Of a DNA stretch of 64,000 bases, positions 30,045-39,892 are shown piece after piece. Below the pieces are notes generated by a model. It saw only the letters and a program-made list of their open reading frames with translations, had not been told where the DNA came from and ran no database searches. Origin of the DNA: Candidatus Bathyarchaeia archaeon (GTDB lineage: Archaea > Thermoproteota > Bathyarchaeia > Bathyarchaeales > Bathycorpusculaceae); contig JAVZNC010000002.1 of NCBI GenBank assembly GCA_038882955.1, forward strand, positions 32,001 through 96,000, in the 5' to 3' direction. Each line of letters opens with the position of its first letter. Within the stretch, counting starts at the first letter, position 1. The position numbers and the translations under genes were made by a program.

Positions 30045-31358
30045 TCAGAGTTTTTGTATGAATGTGAAATTTTGTTGACTCTCATCTTCGAAAAATGGGA
30101 TTTCCTTCAAATTCTTGTCGAGCTTAATCTTTCCAACAACGATTGTTGCAATTTCCTTGGACACTGGTGTGAGAATTTTCAAGGTTTTTCTGATATAGTC
30201 AACTTCTTGCAGTACGCCTATTCCTAAAAATTTTCTTTCGCCATCGTATAGGGCTGTAAGGGCACCTTCTTCCTGCCCCTTTCGGATTACTTCAACCCGT
30301 TTTTCAACAAACTGCTCAACTTTCCGAATGTTTTCATCGCTTATCCATCTACCTCTTCCTATAACAACGTAAACTTTATCTTTCAACTCCACAAAATGCA
30401 AGGGTTTCATTCCCAGCAGATCGTAAATGATTCTCGCTCTCTTGCTTTTCTCGGAAATTTTGCTTATGTTGAGAAGCTCACTCCCTTCAATGTTAACCCA
30501 ATTTAACGGGATAGACTGCACCTTAGCATTTTTCAAATACTTTATATATCCAAGCTCCCTTAGGCTTTTGCGTCTTTCTCTGCTTCTCTGTTTTATGGCT
30601 GGAGGTGATTCGACAACAAGTTTTCTGAAGCTTTCTATGGCGTTTACCAAGGGCATTATTTCCTCGCCTTGTTTTATGCATAGAACCATGTTGGGCAATA
30701 GTTCATTCACAAGTCTAATTTTGTAGTTGACGGCGTCTTCGCCTTCAATCCAACCGTCAGTATTTACGACAATAAAGTCTGGGTTACCATCAAGGATCTC
30801 CCTTTTTAGCGAAACCAAGCCTTCAATTACCTTGTCGATTGCTGAACTTGGAGATGCCACTCCAACGAAAAAAGCGTTTTTCGTCTCTAGATTGAAGAGG
30901 TCTGTCACTGGTTTTGCCACGAAGTTGTAGGCGACCGAACATGGTGGTCCTATGTCTGACTGCCCCAAATCACCATCCAAAACTGCAACCTTGTGTTTTT
31001 CATTCAAAAGCTTATTTACAATGTAGGTGCAGAAGCTTGACTTTCCAGAGTCCACGTTTCCAATGACCATTATTAAGGCTGGTCTTTCCTGAATCTCCAA
31101 AACTTCGTTGGACGCTTCAATCCAAGATGGGGGAATTGTGCTTCCTTCAACCTCTTCCACGCTTGCGCTTTCACCAATGGAAATGTCAAACTCCGTTTTC
31201 TCTTCTGTGGCGAACGGCAGCCTTTTTCCTTCACGTATCACAACTTTGCCTTTTCCACTTATCACCGCGCCGAACACATCCACTACGCCAGACGTAACTG
31301 TAACGGATGCTGGTCCGTCAACCAACAATGTTCTGCCCTTTTCAACCACCTTAATCAT
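30045..31358 (-). CDS. Clp1/Grc3-family polynucleotide 5'-kinase
   Basis: GNVDSGKSS P-loop, DGDLGQSDIGPP, NTDGW, RSRERRKSLRE lid. Confidence 0.88.
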   Translation of the reverse strand: MIKVVEKGRTLLVDGPASVTVTSGVVDVFGAVISGKGKVVIREGKRLPFATEEKTEFDISIGESASVEEVEGSTIPPSWIEASNEVLEIQERPALIMVIGNVDSGKSSFCTYIVNKLLNEKHKVAVLDGDLGQSDIGPPCSVAYNFVAKPVTDLFNLETKNAFFVGVASPSSAIDKVIEGLVSLKREILDGNPDFIVVNTDGWIEGEDAVNYKIRLVNELLPNMVLCIKQGEEIMPLVNAIESFRKLVVESPPAIKQRSRERRKSLRELGYIKYLKNAKVQSIPLNWVNIEGSELLNISKISEKSKRARIIYDLLGMKPLHFVELKDKVYVVIGRGRWISDENIRKVEQFVEKRVEVIRKGQEEGALTALYDGERKFLGIGVLQEVDYIRKTLKILTPVSKEIATIVVGKIKLDKNLKEIPFFEDESQQNFTFIQKL

Positions 31359-31995
31359 GCGTTTTCCTCCTCGGAAATTTTTGTCCACTTCTTCCAGCAA
31401 TTCTTATTGCTGACACTATGTCTCTTAACCCGCGTCTATGTTTTGTTCTGCTTAGGTAGCGGTCTGTTCCAACCTCGCTAACGCTTTCTAATGTAACGCT
31501 TGGAGGTAAAGCATCATCAAGCGACTCTAAAAGCTTTTCCTTGTAGGCTGGCACTCCATCACCAACCTTCACGGAAACGGAGGCGACAGAAATCTTTCCA
31601 AAGTTCTTCAAAAACTTGATTATCTTATTAACTGTTTCTTCAACACTGAAGCAGTTTTCAGTCTCAACAACCTTTCCGTCAGCCAAAACTGCAAGTCCGA
31701 AAATTTCGCCCGGGTCAACACCTATAACTAGCCTTTCGTATTCTTCTTTTCCGTGAATGAAGCGCAGCGCCTCGTTTACAAGTTCCTCTGGTTCTGTTCC
31801 TTCCTTGTAGACTAAAACGTTTTCGTGCTTTATGAGTGGGCGCTCATTCTCGGTGGTTAAAACGATTTTTATTTCTGCTGGAATTTCCTCGTTTGGAATT
31901 AAGCTCAAAAAGGGCAAATTTCTCCGCTTTAATTCGTTTACAATTAGGTAATATGCCTTTCCCGATGTCGTTGCAACCGCGATGTTTGCTTTCAT
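31351..31995 (-). CDS. Hypothetical protein with RNase H-like (YqgF/RuvC-type) C-terminal domain
   Basis: VIGVDPGEIFGLAVL, VKVGDG, VSEVGT, RDIVSAIRIA. Confidence 0.6.
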   Translation of the reverse strand: MKANIAVATTSGKAYYLIVNELKRRNLPFLSLIPNEEIPAEIKIVLTTENERPLIKHENVLVYKEGTEPEELVNEALRFIHGKEEYERLVIGVDPGEIFGLAVLADGKVVETENCFSVEETVNKIIKFLKNFGKISVASVSVKVGDGVPAYKEKLLESLDDALPPSVTLESVSEVGTDRYLSRTKHRRGLRDIVSAIRIAGRSGQKFPRRKTHD

Positions 31996-32060
31996 AACAT
32001 CTCCTTTTAAGGGCGCGCAAGCACAAAGCAAATTATTTGTTTCGAGACTTATATTCGTTG

Positions 32061-32771
32061 ATGTGCGTAAGCGTGCTACAAAAAATTCCAACAAGCTGCA
32101 AAGTCCTTGATGACGCTTTAGAGGGGGGTATACCAACAAAAAGCCTCACTCTAGTTTACGGGGAAGCGGAAACTGGAAAAACAACGTTGGCAATGCAAGT
32201 GGTTGTAAACTGTGCACTGCAAGGCTACAAAACTTTATTCGTGGACTGTGACGACACTTTCTCATCGCGGAGACTGTCACAGATTGCCGCGGGAAGGCTT
32301 AATGAGATTGCGGAATTGATTATTTTGATGAAACCGCGCAGTTTTCACGAACAAACATTTGTTATAGACCACTTAAGCGATTATGTCACAAAACATTTTG
32401 GACTTGTGGTTATTGACACTGTTACCTCGCTTTACAGTTCCAGAATCGCCGAAAATCCACAGAAGACGTTCGAGCTAAACCGCGAATTAAATAGACAGAT
32501 AGGATTGCTTGCTCAACTGGCGAAAACAAATAAGATTTCGATTTTAGCAACAAGCCAAGTTAGGAGCACTTTTGAAGAAGGCTACGTAAGTGTGGAACCA
32601 GTTGCCACAAGAGTATTAAAGTTCTGGGCTGAAACCATAATTGCCATGAAACCAACAGAAAATCCGAGAATAATTAAGGCAACAGTTGAAAAGGGCGCAA
32701 AAACACAACAGCAATATGCTTGCCTTCTGCAGATAAGAGAAGGCGGACTAAGCGACGCTCTAAAGCCTTAA
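32061..32771 (+). CDS. RadB/aRadC-like RecA-family ATPase
   Basis: LDDALEGGI, GEAETGKT, VVIDT, TSQVR; lacks the RadA N-terminal domain. Confidence 0.8.
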   Translation: MCVSVLQKIPTSCKVLDDALEGGIPTKSLTLVYGEAETGKTTLAMQVVVNCALQGYKTLFVDCDDTFSSRRLSQIAAGRLNEIAELIILMKPRSFHEQTFVIDHLSDYVTKHFGLVVIDTVTSLYSSRIAENPQKTFELNRELNRQIGLLAQLAKTNKISILATSQVRSTFEEGYVSVEPVATRVLKFWAETIIAMKPTENPRIIKATVEKGAKTQQQYACLLQIREGGLSDALKP

Positions 32772-32784
32772 CGAGGCTGCCATC

Positions 32785-33279
32785 ATGGACTTGACGCAGT
32801 TAATTGTTGAAGCGTTAAAGTTTATTTTTCCAGCTTATTGTGCAAACGCCGTTCCAGTCATTGTGGGCGGCGGTCTCCCAATAGATTTAGGTAAAAACTT
32901 TTTTGATGGAAAACCAATCTTTGGAAAAAATAAGACCTATAGAGGTTTCCTTTTCGGTCTTCTCGTGGGAACCTTTGTTGGCTCAATGGAAAGCTTGCTC
33001 TTCGGTTATCACCCGCTTTTCGGTTTTCTGCTATCTATGGGCGCGCTGTTTGGAGATTTGGCTGGAGCATTCTTAAAGAGAAGATTGGGGCTTGCGCCTG
33101 GAGAGCTGTTGCCCATAGTTGACCAAATAGACTTTGTTGTTGGCGCCATAGTGTTTGCAGTTCCAATTTCAATTTTAACTGTGGAACTTGCAATAACGGC
33201 GTTAATTATAACTCCGCCGATACATTTGCTGACGAATTTTGCTGCCTGTAAACTTGGCTTAAAAAACAATCCGTGGTAG
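32785..33279 (+). CDS. carS: CDP-archaeol synthase
   Basis: PAYCANAVP, IFGKNKT, GDLAGAFLKRRLG, DQIDF, GLKNNPW. Confidence 0.92.
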   Translation: MDLTQLIVEALKFIFPAYCANAVPVIVGGGLPIDLGKNFFDGKPIFGKNKTYRGFLFGLLVGTFVGSMESLLFGYHPLFGFLLSMGALFGDLAGAFLKRRLGLAPGELLPIVDQIDFVVGAIVFAVPISILTVELAITALIITPPIHLLTNFAACKLGLKNNPW

Positions 33280-33280
33280 C

Positions 33281-33703
33281 TTATCTGCCAGTTATCTTCA
33301 ACTGTATCGTGACTTCAAGATATATGTAAGCTATCAAAATCAGGGTTATCCCCACTAGTAACATCATGTATGCTTGTCTCGGCTTGTAGGCGTATTTTGT
33401 GCTCTGGTACATCACGATTACTCCAACAATGCCAAGCGCGTACAGAACCATTGAAACGAGACTGTCAAATATGAACTGTGAACCAAGTTCTGGATATAGC
33501 AAATAAAATCGTCCACCATAATAGACGGCTGGATAAGGCTTCATTATTATGTTGTATAAGCCACCGCCAAATAGAAAAACAGCTACCGCGATGAGAATTG
33601 CTGAAAGAATGAGACTTGACGGTTTTGTTGTCGTAATCTTCTCGTACAGTTTTGTTAAGGAATGTGATGCTGAGGATATTTGCCTTTTAACTTTCTTTGA
33701 CAT
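33281..33703 (-). CDS. OSTC/DC2 (OST3/OST6-related) oligosaccharyltransferase accessory subunit-like protein
   Basis: Three TM helices; FLFGGGLYNII..P, SQFIFDSLVS..LYALG pattern resembles eukaryotic OSTC. Confidence 0.6.
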   Translation of the reverse strand: MSKKVKRQISSASHSLTKLYEKITTTKPSSLILSAILIAVAVFLFGGGLYNIIMKPYPAVYYGGRFYLLYPELGSQFIFDSLVSMVLYALGIVGVIVMYQSTKYAYKPRQAYMMLLVGITLILIAYIYLEVTIQLKITGR

Positions 33704-33920
33704 TTCCCAATTCTCCACTTTTTATTAGGTATTCCGCCACTTCTTTAGTCCACTCGCCTGCCAGTGGATTCTTGACAATCTCACTTAAATACTCTTTCCA
33801 AGAAATTTCTAGAGCTTTCCTCCACCTCTCATACTTTTTGACAAGGGCTTCGTAAGCCTTCGCATGCAATTCGCAGTAACCGTTTTCAACGGCTTCTTTA
33901 CTGCATATTTTGCATTGCAA
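33687..33920 (-). CDS. Small Zn-finger protein (CxxC-x9-CxxH)
   Basis: MQCKIC...YCELH; overlaps the topA stop and the next gene. Confidence 0.7.
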   Translation of the reverse strand: MQCKICSKEAVENGYCELHAKAYEALVKKYERWRKALEISWKEYLSEIVKNPLAGEWTKEVAEYLIKSGELGNVKES

Positions 33921-35997
33921 TTCGTCTTTTCCTCTCCTCTTTTAATGGACATTGCGGATTAAAACAGAGCGTCCATGGGCGGTTTCCCTTCATGCGCACT
34001 TGAACTATTGGCCAACCGCATCCACGGCAATTCCTTCCAAGAGGCTTGACGACGCCTCTCTGTGGAAGTGGAAATGCCGCTTTGCATGCACTTTTGAAGT
34101 AGTTGGTGCATCCTATGAACCTTTTGCCCGTTTTTCTAGAGTATAATGTCATAAGTTTTCCAGTGTTGCAAACTGGGCATGTGCCAATCACTCTTTCCTC
34201 AAGTCTCGCCCGTTTTATGGCACTGCTTAACTGCTCACCTATAACTTTCTCTTGGAGCTTCAGCTCTTCCACAACAGGCTTTAGGATTTCAACAGCCGCC
34301 AAAAGCACATTTTCTCTTTTTTCACTGTTCAGCTGAATTTTGTTCATCTTTTCCTCCAGGTCCCTTGTCAATTTAATTGAAACAACCGTTGGACAATATT
34401 TCTTTAAAAGCTCGGTAACTTCAAAGCCGAGATCTGTTACAACCATCCGCTCATCTCTAACGTATTTCCTATCATACAAAGTCTGTATTATACCAGCCCT
34501 AGTCGCCTTTGTTCCAATCTCGGCTTCCTCCATTTTCTTGAGGAGACTTCCAGGGTTATATCGTGGCGGCGGCTTAGTGAATTTGTCCTCCAAAACTATT
34601 CTTCTGATTTTTACACTTTGCCCTTCTGTTATTGGCGGCAAAACAACCTCTTCAGCCTTCACGTATGGCTCGTAAAAGTGAAGCCACCCTTCCTTCAGAG
34701 TTTGCCTTCCCCTAAGATAGAAGCGAAAATCGCTTATGTTTATGCATGCCTTTACGCTTTGTCTTAATGCTGGTTCTCCGAAAACAGCCATAAATCTTCT
34801 AATAACTAAATCCCAAATTCTCCTTTCAGACTCGTCCAAAACCCTTTCGGGCAAGTTTCCAGTTGGATAAATTGCTGGATGCGCGGGGTCTTCCTTCTTT
34901 CCCTCGTTTGGCCTCAACTCTTTTACTGCGAGAAGTTCTGCTGTTAGCTTCTTGTATTCTGACGCCCTGTTTAGATTTTTAAGTATCTCCTTATAGCCTA
35001 TCGCTGGAGGAAGCTTTTGGCTGCTTGTTCGTGGATATGAAATTAACGCGTCCAGGTACAAGCGTTGGGCGATGTTTAACGTGCGCATTGGCGTATAACC
35101 AAAAAGGCTGTAGGCTTCACTTTGAAGAGCACCCAAATCAAATGGTGTTGGCGGCATCTGCTGAAACTTCTTAACTTCTATTTTCTCTATTTTTCCGTCT
35201 TTTCCCTTGCAAGCCTCAACTACTGCGTTTGCTTCTCTTTTTGTTTCTATAATTTGCTTTTCAAATTCAGCCTCAAGAACAGCCCCGTCTATTTTAACCT
35301 CTGCCTTTATACTCCAGTAAGGTGTTGGAACAAAACATCTGATCGCCTTTTCTCTGGCAACAAGAAACCTTAATGTTGGACCTTGCACTCTTCCAGTGCT
35401 CAATGTTGCGTATTTTCCACTCCAGTCCTTCGCCGCTATTGTTAAGGCTCTTGTTAGGTTTACGCCGTAAAGCCAATCCACTTCATGACGTGTGCGTCCA
35501 GCCTCTATTAGGGCGAAGTCCAAGTGTGGCAAGGGCTCAGCGAAGGATTTCTGTAGCTCCTCTTTTGTCAATGTTGAGTATTTCATGCGTTTTGAAATGT
35601 TTTCTTTGTTGCCGCAGGCATATTTGAGTATGCAGTACCCTATTATGCTGCCCTCTATGTCATAGTCGCATGCGTCGATGAACGTGTCGGCTTTGCTTGC
35701 CAGCTTTGAAATTGTTTCAAGCCATGTGCGGATTTGTTTTGCGCCTCTCTCTGCGATATATCGTGGAACCCATCTAAAGCTGAAAACTGGATAGTAACGT
35801 CTTCCACTTCTTTCTTCAGCGACTGTGTATAAGTGTCCAATTGCTGGAACAACAATTATGTCTTTGTCCCTCTTCGCCACAAAATACGGCACACCATTTT
35901 CTTCCATTTTAATTGCTTTGCCTTGCAAGTCCAATGCCGAGGCTATCCTCTGCGCTGCATCTGGCTTTTCAGTGATGATTAGCGTGTATTTCTCCAT
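33898..35997 (-). CDS. topA: DNA topoisomerase IA
   Basis: IITEKP, DYDIEG TOPRIM, GRVQGP, ISYPRT catalytic Tyr, GTKATRA, C-terminal Zn ribbons. Confidence 0.95.
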   Translation of the reverse strand: MEKYTLIITEKPDAAQRIASALDLQGKAIKMEENGVPYFVAKRDKDIIVVPAIGHLYTVAEERSGRRYYPVFSFRWVPRYIAERGAKQIRTWLETISKLASKADTFIDACDYDIEGSIIGYCILKYACGNKENISKRMKYSTLTKEELQKSFAEPLPHLDFALIEAGRTRHEVDWLYGVNLTRALTIAAKDWSGKYATLSTGRVQGPTLRFLVAREKAIRCFVPTPYWSIKAEVKIDGAVLEAEFEKQIIETKREANAVVEACKGKDGKIEKIEVKKFQQMPPTPFDLGALQSEAYSLFGYTPMRTLNIAQRLYLDALISYPRTSSQKLPPAIGYKEILKNLNRASEYKKLTAELLAVKELRPNEGKKEDPAHPAIYPTGNLPERVLDESERRIWDLVIRRFMAVFGEPALRQSVKACINISDFRFYLRGRQTLKEGWLHFYEPYVKAEEVVLPPITEGQSVKIRRIVLEDKFTKPPPRYNPGSLLKKMEEAEIGTKATRAGIIQTLYDRKYVRDERMVVTDLGFEVTELLKKYCPTVVSIKLTRDLEEKMNKIQLNSEKRENVLLAAVEILKPVVEELKLQEKVIGEQLSSAIKRARLEERVIGTCPVCNTGKLMTLYSRKTGKRFIGCTNYFKSACKAAFPLPQRGVVKPLGRNCRGCGWPIVQVRMKGNRPWTLCFNPQCPLKEERKRRIAMQNMQ

Positions 35998-36136
35998 TTT
36001 CAAGCCACGTGACCTCATAGAGAAGCATTTCCTCAAATTAAATATTTATCCAGGAATAAATTTTCCGCCGCTTATTAATTAGCAATCGATAAATATGGCG
36101 TTGGGTTTATTTCCTATCTACACGGAGCGTGTTTGG

Positions 36137-36307
36137 TTGCCCCAACGAGTTGTTTGTCAACAGTGTGGTCGTGTTTTGTATGAGGGGGCTGAACTTAAGC
36201 CTCCAGACGAGATTATACATATGCATGATGGAAAATGTCCAGGATGCGGCAAGAAACTTTCTCTTATACCAATTAACGTTGATGTTAAACCAATAAAACT
36301 GAAGTAA
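36137..36307 (+). CDS. Small zinc-ribbon protein
   Basis: (M)PQRVVCQQCG...GKCPGCGKKL; TTG start inferred. Confidence 0.7.
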   Translation: MPQRVVCQQCGRVLYEGAELKPPDEIIHMHDGKCPGCGKKLSLIPINVDVKPIKLK

Positions 36308-36332
36308 ACAAACGAAAGGTTGTGTTGCAAAA

Positions 36333-37475
36333 ATGGAAGGAACACGGCGAACGCAACTTTACGAAGCACACAAGCAAAGCGCGAAGTTAACGGTTTTTGC
36401 TGGTTTTGAGATGCCCTTATGGTACAAGGGCGTTATACAAGAGCATTTGGCTGTCCGAAACAGTGTGGGGCTTTTTGACATATCTCATATGGGACGCATA
36501 ATAATTCAAGGTCCCGATTCAGAGCGCTTTTTAAACTACGTGATAACAAATGACGTTTCCAAATTGTCACCGAACAGCGCGCAATACTCCGTGATGTGCA
36601 ACGAGAAAGGCGGCATAATCGACGACTTTGTAGTTTATAGGTTGGAAAGCGAAAAGTTCATGTTTGTTGCAAATGCCGCCAACCGCGAAAAAGACTACAA
36701 CTGGCTTGTGAAAAACTCCAAGGACTTTAACGTGAGAATAACGGAGATTTCAGATAACGTTGCAATGCTTTCAGTTCAAGGTCCAAACACCGAAAAGACG
36801 CTTCAAAAACTTTCCACAGAGGACTTAAGCAAAATCGAACGGTTTAAAGGCGCAACTGCACGCCTAGCAAATGTGGAAGTTTTCATATCTCGCACGGGAT
36901 ATACTGGCGAAGATGGATTCGAAATTTTCATATGGAACGCTCCGCTGGACAAACCCACCAACGCCATAAAACTTTGGAATGCAATACTAGAGGCTGGCAG
37001 AGATTTTGGGATAGAACCATGCGGTCTCGGTGCGAGGGACACCCTAAGGCTTGAGGCTGGAATGTGCCTTTATGGAAACGACATAGACGAAACCACAACA
37101 CCGCTGGAAGCAGCACTAAGCTTTGTTGTGAAGCTTCAAAAGGACAACTTCATAGGAAAAGAAGCGTTGACAAAGCAGAAAACTGAAGGAATCAAGCGCA
37201 AACGTGTAGGCTTACTTATGCTTGAACAAGGCATACCGAGACAAAAATATGAAGTTTGTGACGATAAAGGCGAAAATATTGGCTATGTGACAAGTGGAAC
37301 GTTTTCTCCTCTGCTCAACTGTGGGATAGGTATGGCTTATGTGGTGATGCCAAACGCTCAAGAAGGAAACATTGTGAACGTGAAGATACGTGGAAAAATG
37401 TTGAAAGCGAAAGTTGTTGCTTTCCCGTTTTATGACACGGAAAAATATGGATACAAACGTAAGGCTTCAATTTAA
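36333..37475 (+). CDS. gcvT: Glycine cleavage system aminomethyltransferase T
   Basis: FAGFEMP, LFDISHMG, RTGYTGEDGFE, GLGARDTLRLEAG, VTSG. Confidence 0.95.
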   Translation: MEGTRRTQLYEAHKQSAKLTVFAGFEMPLWYKGVIQEHLAVRNSVGLFDISHMGRIIIQGPDSERFLNYVITNDVSKLSPNSAQYSVMCNEKGGIIDDFVVYRLESEKFMFVANAANREKDYNWLVKNSKDFNVRITEISDNVAMLSVQGPNTEKTLQKLSTEDLSKIERFKGATARLANVEVFISRTGYTGEDGFEIFIWNAPLDKPTNAIKLWNAILEAGRDFGIEPCGLGARDTLRLEAGMCLYGNDIDETTTPLEAALSFVVKLQKDNFIGKEALTKQKTEGIKRKRVGLLMLEQGIPRQKYEVCDDKGENIGYVTSGTFSPLLNCGIGMAYVVMPNAQEGNIVNVKIRGKMLKAKVVAFPFYDTEKYGYKRKASI

Positions 37476-37574
37476 AGAATTTTATTGTAGGAAAGGTATA
37501 TACGAGTGGTTCGAGTTTATGAACTCTATTAACCGTAAGAATAATAAAACACGTCAATAATCTCTGTAGGAGAG

Positions 37575-39878
37575 ATGAATCCAATGGGCATTCGCGAAGC
37601 CTTATCAAAAGAAAGCATCGCTAACGGAATAAAAAGTTTGGGAAAACTGCGCGTCAGAATGAGCCACAGCTCAATAATGACCATCTCAGCCTTGCTGCTC
37701 ATACTATTTGTGGCATTCACCATTCGCATCTTGCCGCTACGCTGGGAAATAGCGCCAGAAAAAAACACATTGCTGCTTTCAGAGTTCGATCCCTACTACC
37801 AATATAGCCTTACAAAATACATGGTGGAAAACGGCTTCTTCGCGCCATACATTCCTCCAGGATGGGTTGACCACCAACGTTGGTACCCAGACGGAATAAA
37901 CATGTCGCAGTCCTACCCTTCTCTAGCAATGACGGCGGCATTCCTTTACAATATGATCTCCATGTTAGGAATAAACATTGACTTGATGAGTTTCTGCGCT
38001 CTTTTCCCTGTAATAATGGGTACACTAGCATGCCTAATAATCTACTTCGTCGGCAAAGACATTGGCGGAACCACCATCGGATTGCTTTCAGCATTGTTTT
38101 TGGCGCTAAGCCCATCTTACATTCAGAGAACATCACTAGGCTTTTTCGACGACGAAACAATAGGCATAGTCGCACTACTCTTGTTTATGTATATGTTCTT
38201 AAAATCCCTTGAAGAGGATAGACCGCTCAACTCTACGATGAAGTACGCCATTGGCTCTGGACTGGCTTTAGGTTATTTCATTTCTGGATGGGGTGCAGCT
38301 TTTTATCCCATCGGGTTAACGGCGCTATTCGTTCTCGTTTTAATCTTGATTAAAAGGTACTCGCAGAGGCTACTATTATCTTACACGGTGACGTTTGGGC
38401 TAGGCTTACTCATAGCAATAAACGTTCCCTATCTTTCACCGAGCTATTTGACGGCGACAGCTATAATTCCAGTCGCTGGAGTATTCGTATTGCTATGTGC
38501 CGCTGAAATTCTGCGCAACATAACATCAACTGGAATGCGTATAACATTTGCTATACTCTTCATTTGCGCTTTAATAGGTGGATTCGCCTTTCTGTGGCAA
38601 TGTGGATATTTAGGAGGTATTGCTGGCAAATTCCTTTCCGTAATCGACCCATTTGCAAGGGCAGAATCTCCGCTTGTGGAATCTGTTGCTGAACACAGAA
38701 TTTCCGCTTGGGGCTCAATATACTACGAGTTTGGAATAGGCATAATATTTTTCATAGCAGGACTATATTTCCTTGTTAGGAACCCAACAAACAAAAACTT
38801 GTTCATAATACTTTTCGGCATAACGTCACTCTATTTTGCCTGTTCAATGGTACGTCTGCTCGTGCTCATGGCTCCAGCCTTCAGCCTAGTGGCAACAAGC
38901 GGCGTATTAGGCGTGCTAAAACCCTTTTACACGCTGTTAAAGGAACCGCCAAAGATAATTACAAAGAGGAAGTATGGTTTAGAGCATGTTGGAAAAGAGT
39001 TCAGCGGAACAGCAATATTCCTAATATTCCTAATACTAATGACAAACTTCGCCTTCTCGCCGCAATCAGGCGGCATGCCAAAAGTTTACAAGCAAGCATA
39101 CACGCCAACAACAATTTCTGCTGGGAGCCTTCCAATAGCGCCCAACGAACCAGTTAAGGAATGGTTGGACATGTTAAGCTGGCTAAGAAGTAATTTAGGA
39201 CCCAAACCAATAGGTGAAAAAGTTGTTTGCAGCTGGTGGGACTATGGCTATTGGCTTTCAATACTTGGCAATGTGACATCGCTCGCGGACAACGCAACAA
39301 TAAACACTACGCAGATAGAGAACATAGGCTTCATATTTATGGCCAACGAAACAGACGCATTGAAAATGCTGAAACTCTACGATGCAAGATACATCCTCGT
39401 TTTTGTGACTATAAGCACTGACGGTGGACTTGCAAATGCTGGCGGGGATGAAGGGAAATGGGTTTGGATGGCGCAAATTTCCGGTGTATCCAGAAGGCGT
39501 TTTATAGATGGCGGCTTTATAGATGAAAATTTGATGTGGACTTCGAGTTTTGAGCAAGTTCGAGCAATGTTTGGCAATTATACTTTAGGGTATGATTGGA
39601 CAGACACAAATGGCAATAACAAAGTGGATGAGGGCGAGCTAATTAATATTAGTGAAGGACAAAATTCGACGATATATAAGTTAATGCATTATGCGCGGGA
39701 AAGATGGCTACAAGAACAGAAAGGCTACTCTCCGACTATTCAGCCGACATACTTTAAGGAAGCTTACATTGCTGGACTGAAAAACGATGGGAGCAAATAT
39801 GGTTATAGCATTATTCCGCTTGTTGCTTTGTATGAAATTGATTGGGAAAAATATTACACGGACTTTCCAAACACATAA
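37575..39878 (+). CDS. aglB: Oligosaccharyltransferase AglB/STT3
   Basis: EFDPYY, GFFDDE, SVAEH, WWDYG, ADN, DEGK motifs; many TM helices. Confidence 0.95.
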   Translation: MNPMGIREALSKESIANGIKSLGKLRVRMSHSSIMTISALLLILFVAFTIRILPLRWEIAPEKNTLLLSEFDPYYQYSLTKYMVENGFFAPYIPPGWVDHQRWYPDGINMSQSYPSLAMTAAFLYNMISMLGINIDLMSFCALFPVIMGTLACLIIYFVGKDIGGTTIGLLSALFLALSPSYIQRTSLGFFDDETIGIVALLLFMYMFLKSLEEDRPLNSTMKYAIGSGLALGYFISGWGAAFYPIGLTALFVLVLILIKRYSQRLLLSYTVTFGLGLLIAINVPYLSPSYLTATAIIPVAGVFVLLCAAEILRNITSTGMRITFAILFICALIGGFAFLWQCGYLGGIAGKFLSVIDPFARAESPLVESVAEHRISAWGSIYYEFGIGIIFFIAGLYFLVRNPTNKNLFIILFGITSLYFACSMVRLLVLMAPAFSLVATSGVLGVLKPFYTLLKEPPKIITKRKYGLEHVGKEFSGTAIFLIFLILMTNFAFSPQSGGMPKVYKQAYTPTTISAGSLPIAPNEPVKEWLDMLSWLRSNLGPKPIGEKVVCSWWDYGYWLSILGNVTSLADNATINTTQIENIGFIFMANETDALKMLKLYDARYILVFVTISTDGGLANAGGDEGKWVWMAQISGVSRRRFIDGGFIDENLMWTSSFEQVRAMFGNYTLGYDWTDTNGNNKVDEGELINISEGQNSTIYKLMHYARERWLQEQKGYSPTIQPTYFKEAYIAGLKNDGSKYGYSIIPLVALYEIDWEKYYTDFPNT

Positions 39879-39892
39879 GGAAGCGGTGACTG

